Below are positions 21,758 through 31,609 of a stretch of 64,000 nucleotides of DNA, piece after piece. The translations under genes were made by a program, and so were the position numbers. Source of the stretch: Methanomassiliicoccaceae archaeon (GTDB lineage Archaea > Thermoplasmatota > Thermoplasmata > Methanomassiliicoccales > Methanomassiliicoccaceae); NCBI GenBank assembly GCA_040776945.1, contig JAXGZN010000001.1, positions 192,001 through 256,000 of the forward strand. Reading direction: 5' to 3'. The notes beneath the pieces are model-generated. The model was not told the origin of the DNA, searched no databases, and saw only the letters and a program-made list of their open reading frames with translations. Numbering within the stretch: position 1 is the stretch's first letter; every line of letters begins with the position of its first letter.

Positions 21758-24301
21758 ATGAGCGAAGATGCGAAGGGTCCTGCAAACGGTAAAGAACAGG
21801 AATTGCAGGACTCGGCCCAGGTCCTTGAGACAAGGACCATGGATGAGGCGTTCGAGCGCCTCTCGAGCAGCGAGAGGGGCCTGAGCGATGAGGATGTTAA
21901 AGAACGGCGCGAAAAGTATGGGCCCAATGAGATAACGGAGAAAAGGGTCGGCCCGCTGCGCAAGTTCTTGGGATACTTCTGGGGCCCCATCCCGATCATG
22001 ATCATCGTGGCCGTCGTCCTCTCTGCGATCATCGGCCACTGGGACGATTTCTTCATCATCCTAGCACTTCTGTTCGTTAACGCCATAGTCGGATTCTATC
22101 AGGAGAACAAGGCGACCGACGCCATAGAGCTTCTGAAGGAACGTCTTGCACCGGAGGCCAGGGTCCTGCGGAATGGCGAGTGGAGCAATTTGCCGTCTCG
22201 GGAACTGGTCCCGGGGGACGTCGTCCGTGTGCGCCTGGGAGACATAGTTCCCGCCGACATCAAGCTCTTCCAGGGCGATTATCTGGAGGTCGACCAATCG
22301 GCACTGACCGGAGAGTCTCTGCCAGTGGACAAGAAGAACGGCAATGTGGCGTTCTCCGGCTCCATCATCCGCAAGGGAGAGATGAACGGCCTCGTGTTCG
22401 CCACCGGCCTTAACACCTTCTTCGGACGAACCGCCAAGCTGGTGGGAGAGGCCAAAACCATCAGCCATTTCCAGCGAAACGTGATGAAGATCGGGGACTA
22501 CCTCATCGTTCTTGACGTAATACTGGTCGCATTGGTCTTCATCATGGCCATCCTGCGCCACCAGAGCCTCTTGGAGACCTTGCAGTTCGCCCTGGTCCTG
22601 ACCATAGCCGCCATACCAGTGGCCCTGCCTGCGGTGCTCTCGGTGACCATGGCAGTAGGCGCCATCGCACTGGCGAAGAAGGAGGCGATTGTCAGCAGAC
22701 TGATCGCCATCGAGGAGATGGCGGGCATGGACATCCTATGCTCGGACAAGACCGGCACCATAACCCAGAACCTGCTGAGCGTGGCCAAGGTGATCACCTA
22801 TGGAGACACCTCCGAGGCCGAGGTCCTGACCGAGGCCGCACTTGCTTCCAGGACCGAGGACGAGGACCCCATAGACAACGCCATAATAAAGAGGGCGGAG
22901 GACACCCAAGGGGTCAAAGAAAGTATGGCGGAATACAGGGTAACGGGCTTCACCCCCTTCGATCCGGTAATTAAGCACACCGAGGCCGTTTTGGAAGGGA
23001 AGGGGGGAGAGATCAAGGTGGCCAAGGGAGCTCCCCAGGCCATCTTGGAGATGTCGGCCAACAAGGGCCCCATAGGCGATAAGGTAAATAAGGACGTCCA
23101 AGACCTGGCTTCCCTCGGATACCGTGCCCTTGGTGTCGCGAGGGCAACGGACGGAAGATGGCAGTTCACGGGGCTCATCGGGCTCCACGACCCTCCTCGC
23201 GAGGATTCAAAAAGGACGATAAGTGCGGCCGAAAGGATGGGACTGGACGTCAAGATGGTCACCGGGGACCATACGGATATTGCCAAGGAGATAGCCAAGG
23301 AGGTCGACATGGATCCGAACATCCTTCCCGCGAGCTCCTTCATCGATGCTCCGGACGACAAGGCCGGGGACATGGCGGAAAGGGCCGATGGGTTCGCCGA
23401 GGTGTTCCCTGAGCATAAGTTCCGCATAGTCAAGCTTCTCCAGGACAGAGGCCATATAGTAGGAATGACCGGAGATGGGGTCAATGATGCCCCGGCCCTT
23501 AAGAAGGCGGACGCGGGGATCGCAGTGGAGGGATCCACGGACGCTGCTAAATCAGCGGCGGACATCGTGCTCACGCGTCCCGGCCTGAGCGTGATAGTCG
23601 ATGCCATCATCGAGAGCAGGAAGATATTCCAGCGGATGATCAACTATTCCATCTACCGCATCTCGGAGACCTTCCGGGTATTGATATTCGTCACCATTTC
23701 CATATTAATATTCCAATTTTACCCGATAACCGCATTGATGATCGTTCTTCTGGCATTGTTGAACGATCTTCCTATCCTTACCATAGCCTTCGACAACGTG
23801 CGATTCTCGGCCAAGCCGGAAAAATGGGACATGCGGATCATCATCCTGGTGGGTTCGTATCTCGGAGCGATAGGGGTGGCCCAATCATTGGTCATCATGT
23901 ATATTGGCCTTGAGGTCTTTCATCTGAACCTATCGGTGCTCCAATCCTACATCTACCTGGTGCTTTCCGTTGGCGGGCACCTGGTCCTCCTGGCCGCCCG
24001 TACTAAAGGCCCGTTCTGGTCGGTGAGACCCGCGCCCAGGCTCCTGTGGGCCATCATACTGACCCAGTTGACAGCGACCATACTCGTGCTCTTCGGAATA
24101 TTATTGCCTCAACTGGACCCTATCTACGTCGCGTTCATATGGGGCCAAGGGCTTCTTACCTTCCTCATTGTGGACTCCACCAAGGTCATGCTGTACAAGT
24201 ATCTGATCAAGAAGGGACTTGTAGGAAAAGGCATCTCGGACCCTGAGAGCATCGGCAAGGAAGGAAAAAGACCGGTCGCTGCCGATGTGGCTGAGCGATA
24301 G
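21758..24301 (+). CDS. P-type H+-exporting ATPase (type IIIA, PMA1-like)
   Basis: LTGES, IPVALP, CSDKTGT, KGAPQ, DPPR, TGDH, GDGVNDAPAL and LLND motifs. Confidence 0.95.
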   Translation: MSEDAKGPANGKEQELQDSAQVLETRTMDEAFERLSSSERGLSDEDVKERREKYGPNEITEKRVGPLRKFLGYFWGPIPIMIIVAVVLSAIIGHWDDFFIILALLFVNAIVGFYQENKATDAIELLKERLAPEARVLRNGEWSNLPSRELVPGDVVRVRLGDIVPADIKLFQGDYLEVDQSALTGESLPVDKKNGNVAFSGSIIRKGEMNGLVFATGLNTFFGRTAKLVGEAKTISHFQRNVMKIGDYLIVLDVILVALVFIMAILRHQSLLETLQFALVLTIAAIPVALPAVLSVTMAVGAIALAKKEAIVSRLIAIEEMAGMDILCSDKTGTITQNLLSVAKVITYGDTSEAEVLTEAALASRTEDEDPIDNAIIKRAEDTQGVKESMAEYRVTGFTPFDPVIKHTEAVLEGKGGEIKVAKGAPQAILEMSANKGPIGDKVNKDVQDLASLGYRALGVARATDGRWQFTGLIGLHDPPREDSKRTISAAERMGLDVKMVTGDHTDIAKEIAKEVDMDPNILPASSFIDAPDDKAGDMAERADGFAEVFPEHKFRIVKLLQDRGHIVGMTGDGVNDAPALKKADAGIAVEGSTDAAKSAADIVLTRPGLSVIVDAIIESRKIFQRMINYSIYRISETFRVLIFVTISILIFQFYPITALMIVLLALLNDLPILTIAFDNVRFSAKPEKWDMRIIILVGSYLGAIGVAQSLVIMYIGLEVFHLNLSVLQSYIYLVLSVGGHLVLLAARTKGPFWSVRPAPRLLWAIILTQLTATILVLFGILLPQLDPIYVAFIWGQGLLTFLIVDSTKVMLYKYLIKKGLVGKGISDPESIGKEGKRPVAADVAER

Positions 24302-24761
24302 TGCGGGGGAGCATCATCTCCTGCACGCCGCGACCTCTGGAACTGATGGAGAACTATGCGGTCCTGGCATGACAGCAGCATCTCGTGCTGGGCCTGCGCC
24401 CGCTTCTTCAAGAGCCGCAGATCCGATAGGGCTCTGGGCCCTGCCTGATCGGGACGACTTCCGTCAGGTGGTCTTGTAAAAACCATAGATAACTTTCATG
24501 CAGTGGCAGGTGTCCCATGGCCGTCGAGGATGGCGACCGTGCTCGGTCGGCCGTTGAAGGGCGGTACATGCCGTCATGCCTTAAGGCAAGAAGATGGAGG
24601 ACAGGCCTTCCCTTGCGTTTCGTGGACCGTTGAGCGAGGACGGAACAGGGAGCCAGGGAACACAGGTGCGTTACCGTGCCGTGAGCCAGGCGATGGATGT
24701 TTTGAGCCATCATTCCCATTGTGGAGCGTAAAGATGATGCGGGCATCGGTCCTGGACCGGA

Positions 24762-25565
24762 TCAACCGAACGGACCGCAATTGCTCCGCCAATTGCGAAA
24801 GATGTACCATATTCCAGAGATTATGTCGCTGCCGCTTGAATGGCCATACTTGGTGAGATCATAAGCGGCTTGACCGATCTTTCCGTTCCCCAACATCGCA
24901 TCCCCCAACCTCTTCACCGGAAGCGCGTACTGGCCGTCGAGGGCATCGAGCAGAATGGTCCGGGAAAGAGGATTTTCATAGGCCTCCACTATACCGCGGA
25001 CCTCCTGGACGCTTGACCCTACCAGTTCGTGGGCGAGGATGATGCCTAAGATGAAGTCGTCCCCCGAGGGCGTGAGCCCATAGCCCAGACCAAGCATCCT
25101 TCGGGCAAGCTCGATCGGCCCGGGGGACCCCTCGAGCAACGACGCTTGCTTCCTGGCCATCCACCCCTCCATCCCCTCCGGCGCTTCGGCCCGGCCAAGG
25201 TGCATGAGGAGCGGGGTCGTCATGCTCATCCTCTTCTTAACGATGAATGGGGTCAAGGAACGGAGGCATGGGACCATATCGAGCGGGCCGGACGGTTCCA
25301 GGGCCAGGTCCTTGGGCTCGCAGAGCTGCACGGAGTAGTTCCCCGCGTCAAGAACACCGTCGACCATGGCGGCGTGGTCCGAGCGCGGCATCTCCTCGAT
25401 CTCCACCACTATGCTCGAAGGGGCCGCGGTCCCCTCTTTATTGGTCAGGGTGACCGTTCTGTTGCCGAAGAGGAAGGCGCACGCTTTCTTAGAGCGGAGC
25501 AGCATCGTCCCCTTGCCCGATCTGGCGACCCGGTTGCCGCAGAACATCGAGCCGAGCGTCAACAT
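24762..25565 (-). CDS. DUF2877 / YlbF(AllH)-like protein
   Basis: LGLGYGLTPSGDDF and GHSSGSD motifs; last gene of the fdrA operon. Confidence 0.85.
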   Translation of the reverse strand: MLTLGSMFCGNRVARSGKGTMLLRSKKACAFLFGNRTVTLTNKEGTAAPSSIVVEIEEMPRSDHAAMVDGVLDAGNYSVQLCEPKDLALEPSGPLDMVPCLRSLTPFIVKKRMSMTTPLLMHLGRAEAPEGMEGWMARKQASLLEGSPGPIELARRMLGLGYGLTPSGDDFILGIILAHELVGSSVQEVRGIVEAYENPLSRTILLDALDGQYALPVKRLGDAMLGNGKIGQAAYDLTKYGHSSGSDIISGIWYIFRNWRSNCGPFG

Positions 25566-25567
25566 AG

Positions 25568-26848
25568 CTACAGTCCGTATCGCGAAGCGTACCTCCTCAG
25601 GGCATCATTGAACGCTTCCATCGGCGCGTGCGATATGCCGCCCCCGATCTGTCCGACCCCCGGTTTCTTGGCAGCGATCCCGGTGTTCGACTTGGGCAGG
25701 AGGCCGGTGCGGTTCACCTTGATCATGTCTATGCCAAGGGGGCAGCCCTTGAAGTTCAGCGACGGGATCATGAAGTCCCTGTTAACCCCGTGACAGACCT
25801 TGTAACCGTCCATGGTCATCTGGACGGCATCCTGGACCGTGCCGCCAACGAACCTCGTCACGGCGGGCGACGCGGCCGACGCATATCCGCCCAGCCCCAT
25901 GACCTCCATGATCGCGCTGTCCCCGAAATCCCCTGCGGCGTCGGATTCGCTGAAACCTGGGAAGTACAGTCCTTTGGGGATCACCACGGGCCCCACGAAC
26001 CATTCTCCTTTCAGGCCGCTGATGCCGATGCCGTAACCGACGCCGTTCCTCGTCAACCTGGTGACTATGGTGCTGTTCTCGATCCCGTCAGCGGGATCTG
26101 CCAGTGCCTTCATGGCAGGCATGGCGAGGTTCAGGTAGTACTGCTCCCTGTCGCTGATGAACTTGATGACCTCCTTGCCTTCCGGCTGGTCCAGCAGGCC
26201 ATCTAGGACTGTCCTCAAGAACAACAGGCTCGAGGCATCATATCGCTCGTGGAGCTCATCACCCATCACCAGGCCCTTGGAGACGATGACCTTCAGATCG
26301 ATGGGGCTCTTCTTGACCACCTTCCTCAGCGCCGGGGCCAGCACGTCGTTCATCCATTGCAACCGCTTCAGCACCTCTTCGTCCCAGCCGCCGAAGCGAA
26401 GGATCTTGCCCCTTCCCTCGTGAAGGTTGCAGTAGGCTCGATTGCCAAAGGTCGGGTTCTCCACCACGCATACCATTTTCCCAGGCGTCACTATCCCGGC
26501 CATGGGCGCCACCGTGGAGTGCTCGTGACAAGGGGAGAACTCCAGCTCCCCGCTCCTGGCCAGCTCGTCCGCTTGCTTCAGGTCCTTGGCCTTGCCTTCG
26601 AACACCAGCGATCCCTGTACGGCAGCCTGCATGGGTGCGATCATCTTCTCATATTCAATGGGAGGGCCGGCGTGGAGGACAGTGTTGTCCTTCATTCCGG
26701 GGATCACGTTCTTGGCAAGGTCGAAATCGACCAGCATGGCGCGGCCCTTGTTCATCCTGTCCACTGCCTTGTCGTTCGCTTCGGCGATCCTGTCCATCAC
26801 CGCGGTAGAGGGCCGCTCCTTGTGGGCCGTTGTGGATGAGGGGGTCAT
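25568..26848 (-). CDS. DUF1116 / YlbE(AllG)-like protein
   Basis: LHAGPP, PCH...VAPMAG, GDELH, RNGV.YG and NTGIA....G.GQIGGG motifs. Confidence 0.88.
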   Translation of the reverse strand: MTPSSTTAHKERPSTAVMDRIAEANDKAVDRMNKGRAMLVDFDLAKNVIPGMKDNTVLHAGPPIEYEKMIAPMQAAVQGSLVFEGKAKDLKQADELARSGELEFSPCHEHSTVAPMAGIVTPGKMVCVVENPTFGNRAYCNLHEGRGKILRFGGWDEEVLKRLQWMNDVLAPALRKVVKKSPIDLKVIVSKGLVMGDELHERYDASSLLFLRTVLDGLLDQPEGKEVIKFISDREQYYLNLAMPAMKALADPADGIENSTIVTRLTRNGVGYGIGISGLKGEWFVGPVVIPKGLYFPGFSESDAAGDFGDSAIMEVMGLGGYASAASPAVTRFVGGTVQDAVQMTMDGYKVCHGVNRDFMIPSLNFKGCPLGIDMIKVNRTGLLPKSNTGIAAKKPGVGQIGGGISHAPMEAFNDALRRYASRYGL

Positions 26849-27000
26849 CCTCCCACCGCCTGCAAAATGCGGGAGATGTCCTCCGGCACTTCGATCGGGG
26901 GCGTCCAGTCCACCTTCTCCACATCCATCTCCTGGCTGACCATCTCGCGGAGGAACCATTCCGAACCTACACAGAAGACCTTTAACTGACCTTTCATCAT
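26845..27000 (-). CDS. Small stand-alone FdrA C-terminal-domain protein (51 aa)
   Basis: Manual translation MMKGQLKVFCVGSEWFLREMVSQEMDVEKVDWTPPIEVPEDISRILQAVGG; ATGA overlaps with both neighbours; VDW.PP motif like the FdrA C-terminus. Confidence 0.75.
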   Translation of the reverse strand: MMKGQLKVFCVGSEWFLREMVSQEMDVEKVDWTPPIEVPEDISRILQAVGG

Positions 27001-28454
27001 CCAACATCACCCATGACCTTCGCGGCATACGCCGCAGCATTGCCAGATGATCCGAACACTACCACTCCGAGGTCCTTCAGCTCATCGGCTATCCTATCAT
27101 AGTCTTGCTTATCCGCCTTCGTTCCGCATATCGAGGCTATCGCCAGAGGGCCCCTCTGCAGACCGTCCAGCCCGGCCAACGGATCATCGGCGCTTCCCCA
27201 GCCGAGCATGATCTCGAACAGCAGCACCGCGACATCGTCCCTCCTGCTCTCCTTGACCAGCCACGAGTTCCTGGCCTGGGGATCGATCATCGGATGGGGC
27301 CTGCCTTTGACATACTCCTCGGCACCGGTATCGATGCACACGTTGAGGTTATCGTAATCATCCGGGAGGGACAGTTCCTTCTTTGTCGGGGCGTTCGAGT
27401 ATACCTTGATGCCCGCCTTCCCAATGATGGCCTGGGCCTGATAACATAGGCTGCCACCGACGAAGAGCCCTCGAAGATACTTACGGCCGTCCAGCTTGGC
27501 GCTCTCCTTGGGTGCCGCTTCCCGCAGCTCGGCCTTGCCCATCGCTTTCAGGATGTGGTCCACCCCTCGATCGATGGAGCCGGTCGAAAGGATATCGCCC
27601 TCTATGTGCTCCTCGCTCTCTCCCAGGGAGATGAACGCCGCCTTGCGTCCTTTGATCATGCTCAATATCTCATCTTTGACCCTCTTGTCCGGTTTCTTGC
27701 CTATTATGATGAGCCCATCGGAGACGCCAAGGCTTTCAATGGCCATCTTGGTCATCGTCCCGTCGATCTCCTCGGTCATGTCCTTGCTGCCCACCCCAAT
27801 GGCATATGAAGTCCCCAGGCCGCCCCTGTCCAGAAGGACCGTGGTCTCCTGCATTCCCGATCCCGAAGAGCCGATGACCGCGACATTTCCCGTCTTGACC
27901 GCATTGGCGAAGCCGAGGCCTTTGCCATCGATTATCACCGTGCCGGCGTCCGGGCCCATCACGAGAAGCCCTTTTTCCTTCCCTTTCCTCTTCAGGCTCA
28001 TCTCCACCTCGGTCGGCACGTTGCTGCTGAAGATGTGGAGATGGGCGCCCGCATCGAGACCGTCGTTCGCCAGCTTTTCGACGTACTGCCCCGGCGTGGA
28101 TATGAACAGGATCGGAAGGTCGCCCTTCCGTATCGTGTCCTTGAGCGTTCCCATGGTGGTGATCTCGACCTGGGGGCCTGACGTCTTCTCCCTGTCCATG
28201 AGGTCGATCGCGCTCTTGATGGCCGCCTCGGCGTGCTCATCATTGTCGGCCTCTATGGCGATCAATATGGATGAGGGCTTGACATTGGAAGGAGGGGAGA
28301 ACCCGGCGTTCCTCAGGAGGTCCAGGTTCTCCTTGGTCGCGGTGACCATGCCTGCCTTCTTCACTCCTATTTCCTTCTCCACGTCCCTGCTTACACCCAT
28401 GAGGAGGACCGAGTCCATGTATCGGTTCTCTATTTCGTGATAGCGTGTGCTCAT
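26997..28454 (-). CDS. fdrA: FdrA(AllF)-like acyl-CoA synthetase-fold protein
   Basis: YMDSVLLM, IFSSNV, MGPDAGT, GLGFAN, GLFVGGSLC and GRPHPMIDP motifs. Confidence 0.88.
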   Translation of the reverse strand: MSTRYHEIENRYMDSVLLMGVSRDVEKEIGVKKAGMVTATKENLDLLRNAGFSPPSNVKPSSILIAIEADNDEHAEAAIKSAIDLMDREKTSGPQVEITTMGTLKDTIRKGDLPILFISTPGQYVEKLANDGLDAGAHLHIFSSNVPTEVEMSLKRKGKEKGLLVMGPDAGTVIIDGKGLGFANAVKTGNVAVIGSSGSGMQETTVLLDRGGLGTSYAIGVGSKDMTEEIDGTMTKMAIESLGVSDGLIIIGKKPDKRVKDEILSMIKGRKAAFISLGESEEHIEGDILSTGSIDRGVDHILKAMGKAELREAAPKESAKLDGRKYLRGLFVGGSLCYQAQAIIGKAGIKVYSNAPTKKELSLPDDYDNLNVCIDTGAEEYVKGRPHPMIDPQARNSWLVKESRRDDVAVLLFEIMLGWGSADDPLAGLDGLQRGPLAIASICGTKADKQDYDRIADELKDLGVVVFGSSGNAAAYAAKVMGDVG

Positions 28455-28463
28455 CCCATCACC

Positions 28464-29066
28464 TCAACCCGTCTTGGCCTTCGCCGGCTCACCGGGCACC
28501 TCGACCTCCTTGGGGAAGGAGAGGTATATCTGAAGATAGCCCCAGATCGGTCCGAGCAGGTTCATGAGCAGACCGCTGAACCAGGCCACGACGACCTCTG
28601 CACCTCCGAAGCCGGGCATCAGGCCGAACAGGCCGAAGTAGGTGGCAAAGAAGGTGGCGAAGCCATAGAAGTGGGCCGGCGTGTACGAAAGCGTCTTGAT
28701 GTACTTCGAACCCCAGAGGATCGGCTGGTTCACCAGGAAGATTACAAGGACATCAAAGGCCAGCATCCACACCAGATTATCTGCCAGCGGCGGGTTGCCG
28801 AAGGTCATCAATACGCCAGCGATAAAACCCCAGAACGACCCCCATATGATGCATGGATAGATCTTCTTATAGACCTCCTTGGTCTTGCCCGGTCCTCCTC
28901 CTCCCGCCGCGAAATATCCGGCCCAGGTTATGAAGACGCCCCATCCGCCGAAGTTGAGGGCGAATGGAGCGGCGAGCACCCCCGGGATCGACATGAAGAC
29001 CGTCAATGCTGCAAGGATCCCGCCGGTGAACGCCGTCGGGACCCTCTCCTTCGTCACTTTGGCCAT
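28464..29066 (-). CDS. DUF1097-like membrane protein
   Basis: About 6 TMs, W..FI.WA.YFA.G and P..F.GFA..F motifs. Confidence 0.7.
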   Translation of the reverse strand: MAKVTKERVPTAFTGGILAALTVFMSIPGVLAAPFALNFGGWGVFITWAGYFAAGGGGPGKTKEVYKKIYPCIIWGSFWGFIAGVLMTFGNPPLADNLVWMLAFDVLVIFLVNQPILWGSKYIKTLSYTPAHFYGFATFFATYFGLFGLMPGFGGAEVVVAWFSGLLMNLLGPIWGYLQIYLSFPKEVEVPGEPAKAKTG

Positions 29067-29083
29067 AAGGCATCACACGCCCC

Positions 29084-30388
29084 TCAGGCTCGAAGCACCT
29101 CAGGCTGCCTGATCTCCATTGGCTCATTGGGATCGATGCGCCCCCCGCTCCATTTCATGACCTCGGGGTGCTCGCTGCGGTAGATCATCTTCCCTCTCTT
29201 GATGATGTAGCGGCGGATCGGGGGATCTATGAAGATGTCCCCCACGTGCTTGGAGCCGAGGACGACGAGGTCCGCGTTCTTGCCCTCCTCTAGCCCGTAG
29301 GTGTCCTCTATGTGCAACACCTTGGCCGGGTTCCTCGTGATCATGTCCAACAGCATCCTCTGATCGGCAGGGGTGCCGAGGTAGCAGGCGTGGGCATAAA
29401 GATTGCCGATCAGCAGCAGGTCCCCGTTCCCGAACGGCGTGAACCCGTTCTGGATGTTGTTGGTGGAGAAGCAATGGTTGACGCCCTTCTCTATGAACGG
29501 CTTTGGACTGAGGAGCCCTCTGCGCTTCGCCTTCTCATCGTTCCTTCCGCTCAGGAACATGTCCGTCGCTGCCAAGGTTATCAGGTTGATCTTGGCCTCC
29601 GCCATGCGCTTGGCGGTGTCGTCACGCACCTTCGGGTCCACGCTGGAGAGCGTGGTCATATGCCCGACCGAAACCCTTCCTTGGTACCCGTTCTCGATGG
29701 TCTGCTTGATTATGTAGTCGATGGAACGATAGCGCATGTCGTCGACATTATCCCCAAAGTCGGCATGGAACGAGCAATCCTTATCATACTTCTTCGCCAG
29801 TTCGAAGATCGCATCCACGTGTTGCTTTGTCCCTTCGAAATCATTCTCGTTGTAGGGGCATCCAGCCACCGAGTCCGCGCCCTTCTTCAAGGCCTGGTCC
29901 AGGAAATCATAGGCGGTTGGAGCCTTGACTATGCCTTCCTGAGCGAAGGCACAGACGTGCATGTCCACGTATTCCTTGTAGTCCTCCTTCAGCCTCATCA
30001 TCGCATCGAAGCCGACCAGCCTTGCGAGCGGGTCCGTATCGGGCTGCGCCTTGATGATGGTCGAGCCATGGCGAAGGCACATTTCCAGCACCTGCTTGGA
30101 ACGTTCATAGACCTCTTCGTCCTGGAAGGCCTTCTTCAGCTCCCCAGTGGTCTTGATCGCCCCCATGAGGGTGCCCTCCTTGTTCGGCCTGACCTTTTCC
30201 AGCAGAGCCTTGTCGATGTGTATGTGGCTCTCGATGAACGTTGGAACCACCACATCACCGGCGAGGTCGACCTCGATATCGCCTCTTAGACCGGTCCCTA
30301 TTTCCGATATCTTACCCTTGTCGATCGCAATGTCGGTCAAAGGCCTTTCATCATCGATCCTCGCGTTTTTCAATACCAGTTCAGGCAT
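29084..30388 (-). CDS. Cytosine-deaminase-family metal-dependent amidohydrolase, atypical active site
   Basis: ESHIHIDKA, FAQEG, HADF, GHMTT, TNNIQNGFTPFG and G.NADLV motifs. Confidence 0.88.
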   Translation of the reverse strand: MPELVLKNARIDDERPLTDIAIDKGKISEIGTGLRGDIEVDLAGDVVVPTFIESHIHIDKALLEKVRPNKEGTLMGAIKTTGELKKAFQDEEVYERSKQVLEMCLRHGSTIIKAQPDTDPLARLVGFDAMMRLKEDYKEYVDMHVCAFAQEGIVKAPTAYDFLDQALKKGADSVAGCPYNENDFEGTKQHVDAIFELAKKYDKDCSFHADFGDNVDDMRYRSIDYIIKQTIENGYQGRVSVGHMTTLSSVDPKVRDDTAKRMAEAKINLITLAATDMFLSGRNDEKAKRRGLLSPKPFIEKGVNHCFSTNNIQNGFTPFGNGDLLLIGNLYAHACYLGTPADQRMLLDMITRNPAKVLHIEDTYGLEEGKNADLVVLGSKHVGDIFIDPPIRRYIIKRGKMIYRSEHPEVMKWSGGRIDPNEPMEIRQPEVLRA

Positions 30389-30538
30389 TCGTAACACCCT
30401 TGGTCTCAGGTGTCCAGGCACGATATTTAGCCTTTAACCGCAAAATGTGTGGCCTATCCCGACGAACCCATATTGCAAGGACGGTCCCAGAGCGGTCTCG
30501 CGCAGGATGAAATACGAGGAGGGTGCAAAGGGAGGGGC

Positions 30539-31492
30539 ATGGACGATGCGGAAAGGGGGAGCGTGCTCGTCGCTCTCGGCGGAAATGCGATCCTCAAGCA
30601 TACCGAGCAGGGCACGGCGGAGGAACAGAGACACAACATCGGCGTCACCGCAACATGGCTGGTCGAGATGATCAAGCACGGTTTCAGAATTGCCATCACT
30701 CACGGCAACGGTCCTCAGGTGGGAGATATCCTGCTCAAGAACGAGATCGCCAAGGGAACGTTGCCGCCAATGCCCATCGATGTCTGCGGAGCGGAGAGCC
30801 AGGGCCTTATCGGCTACTTCCTGCAGCAGACGATGCACAACGAGCTGGTCCGGCAAGGGTTGAACCTGCCATTGGCGACCGTCCTCAGCCAATGCATCGT
30901 CGGGGAGGACGATCCCGCGCTAAAGGACCCTTCCAAGCCTATCGGGCCGTTCTATACTGTAATGGAGGCATCGAAGCTTAGGGAGGAACGGGGGTGGACA
31001 ATGATAGATGACAGTGGAAGAGGTTGGCGTCGTGTGGTGCCCTCTCCCAAGCCCGTGTCCATCGTCGAGGGGCAGGTCATCAAGAGACTGTATGATGAAG
31101 GCTTCATCGTCATCGCCTGCGGCGGGGGCGGCGTGCCCGTGGTGCGGGAAGAGGGCGACCGCCTCAAGGGCATAGAGGCCGTTATCGATAAGGACCATAC
31201 CGCGTCGGCCCTCGCCAGGCTGATCGGGGCCGATACGCTGCTTATCCTGACGGACGTTGAGGGCGTCTACGCCCATTTCGGGAAGAAGGAGCAATCACTG
31301 ATCGGGGAGCTGACGGCGGATAAGGCCAGGGATATCATCGTCAATGGCAGCCTGCCCTCCGGGAGCATGAGGCCGAAGGTCGAGGCTGCCGTGCAGTTCG
31401 TGGAGGGAGGCGGGAAGAGGGCGATAATCACCTGCCTGGAATGTGCCCTTCTTGGACTGGAGGGCAAGAGGGGGACAACCATAATTAAGTGA
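30539..31492 (+). CDS. arcC: Carbamate kinase (copy 2, cluster-associated)
   Basis: ALGGNA, HGNGPQVG, PSKPIGP, RRVVPSP, EAVIDKD and GSMRPK motifs; divergent from the amidohydrolase-fdrA operon. Confidence 0.93.
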   Translation: MDDAERGSVLVALGGNAILKHTEQGTAEEQRHNIGVTATWLVEMIKHGFRIAITHGNGPQVGDILLKNEIAKGTLPPMPIDVCGAESQGLIGYFLQQTMHNELVRQGLNLPLATVLSQCIVGEDDPALKDPSKPIGPFYTVMEASKLREERGWTMIDDSGRGWRRVVPSPKPVSIVEGQVIKRLYDEGFIVIACGGGGVPVVREEGDRLKGIEAVIDKDHTASALARLIGADTLLILTDVEGVYAHFGKKEQSLIGELTADKARDIIVNGSLPSGSMRPKVEAAVQFVEGGGKRAIITCLECALLGLEGKRGTTIIK

Positions 31493-31609
31493 GCCTCAGG
31501 GCATGGACGTAGACGGTCGTTAGCTTCTGCCAGGCCCATGTTCTGGGGCCAAAGGCCGGCCGTTCGATGTGCCATTGCTCCTTGATCCCTCCGTCCGTAG
31601 CTCCTGCCC

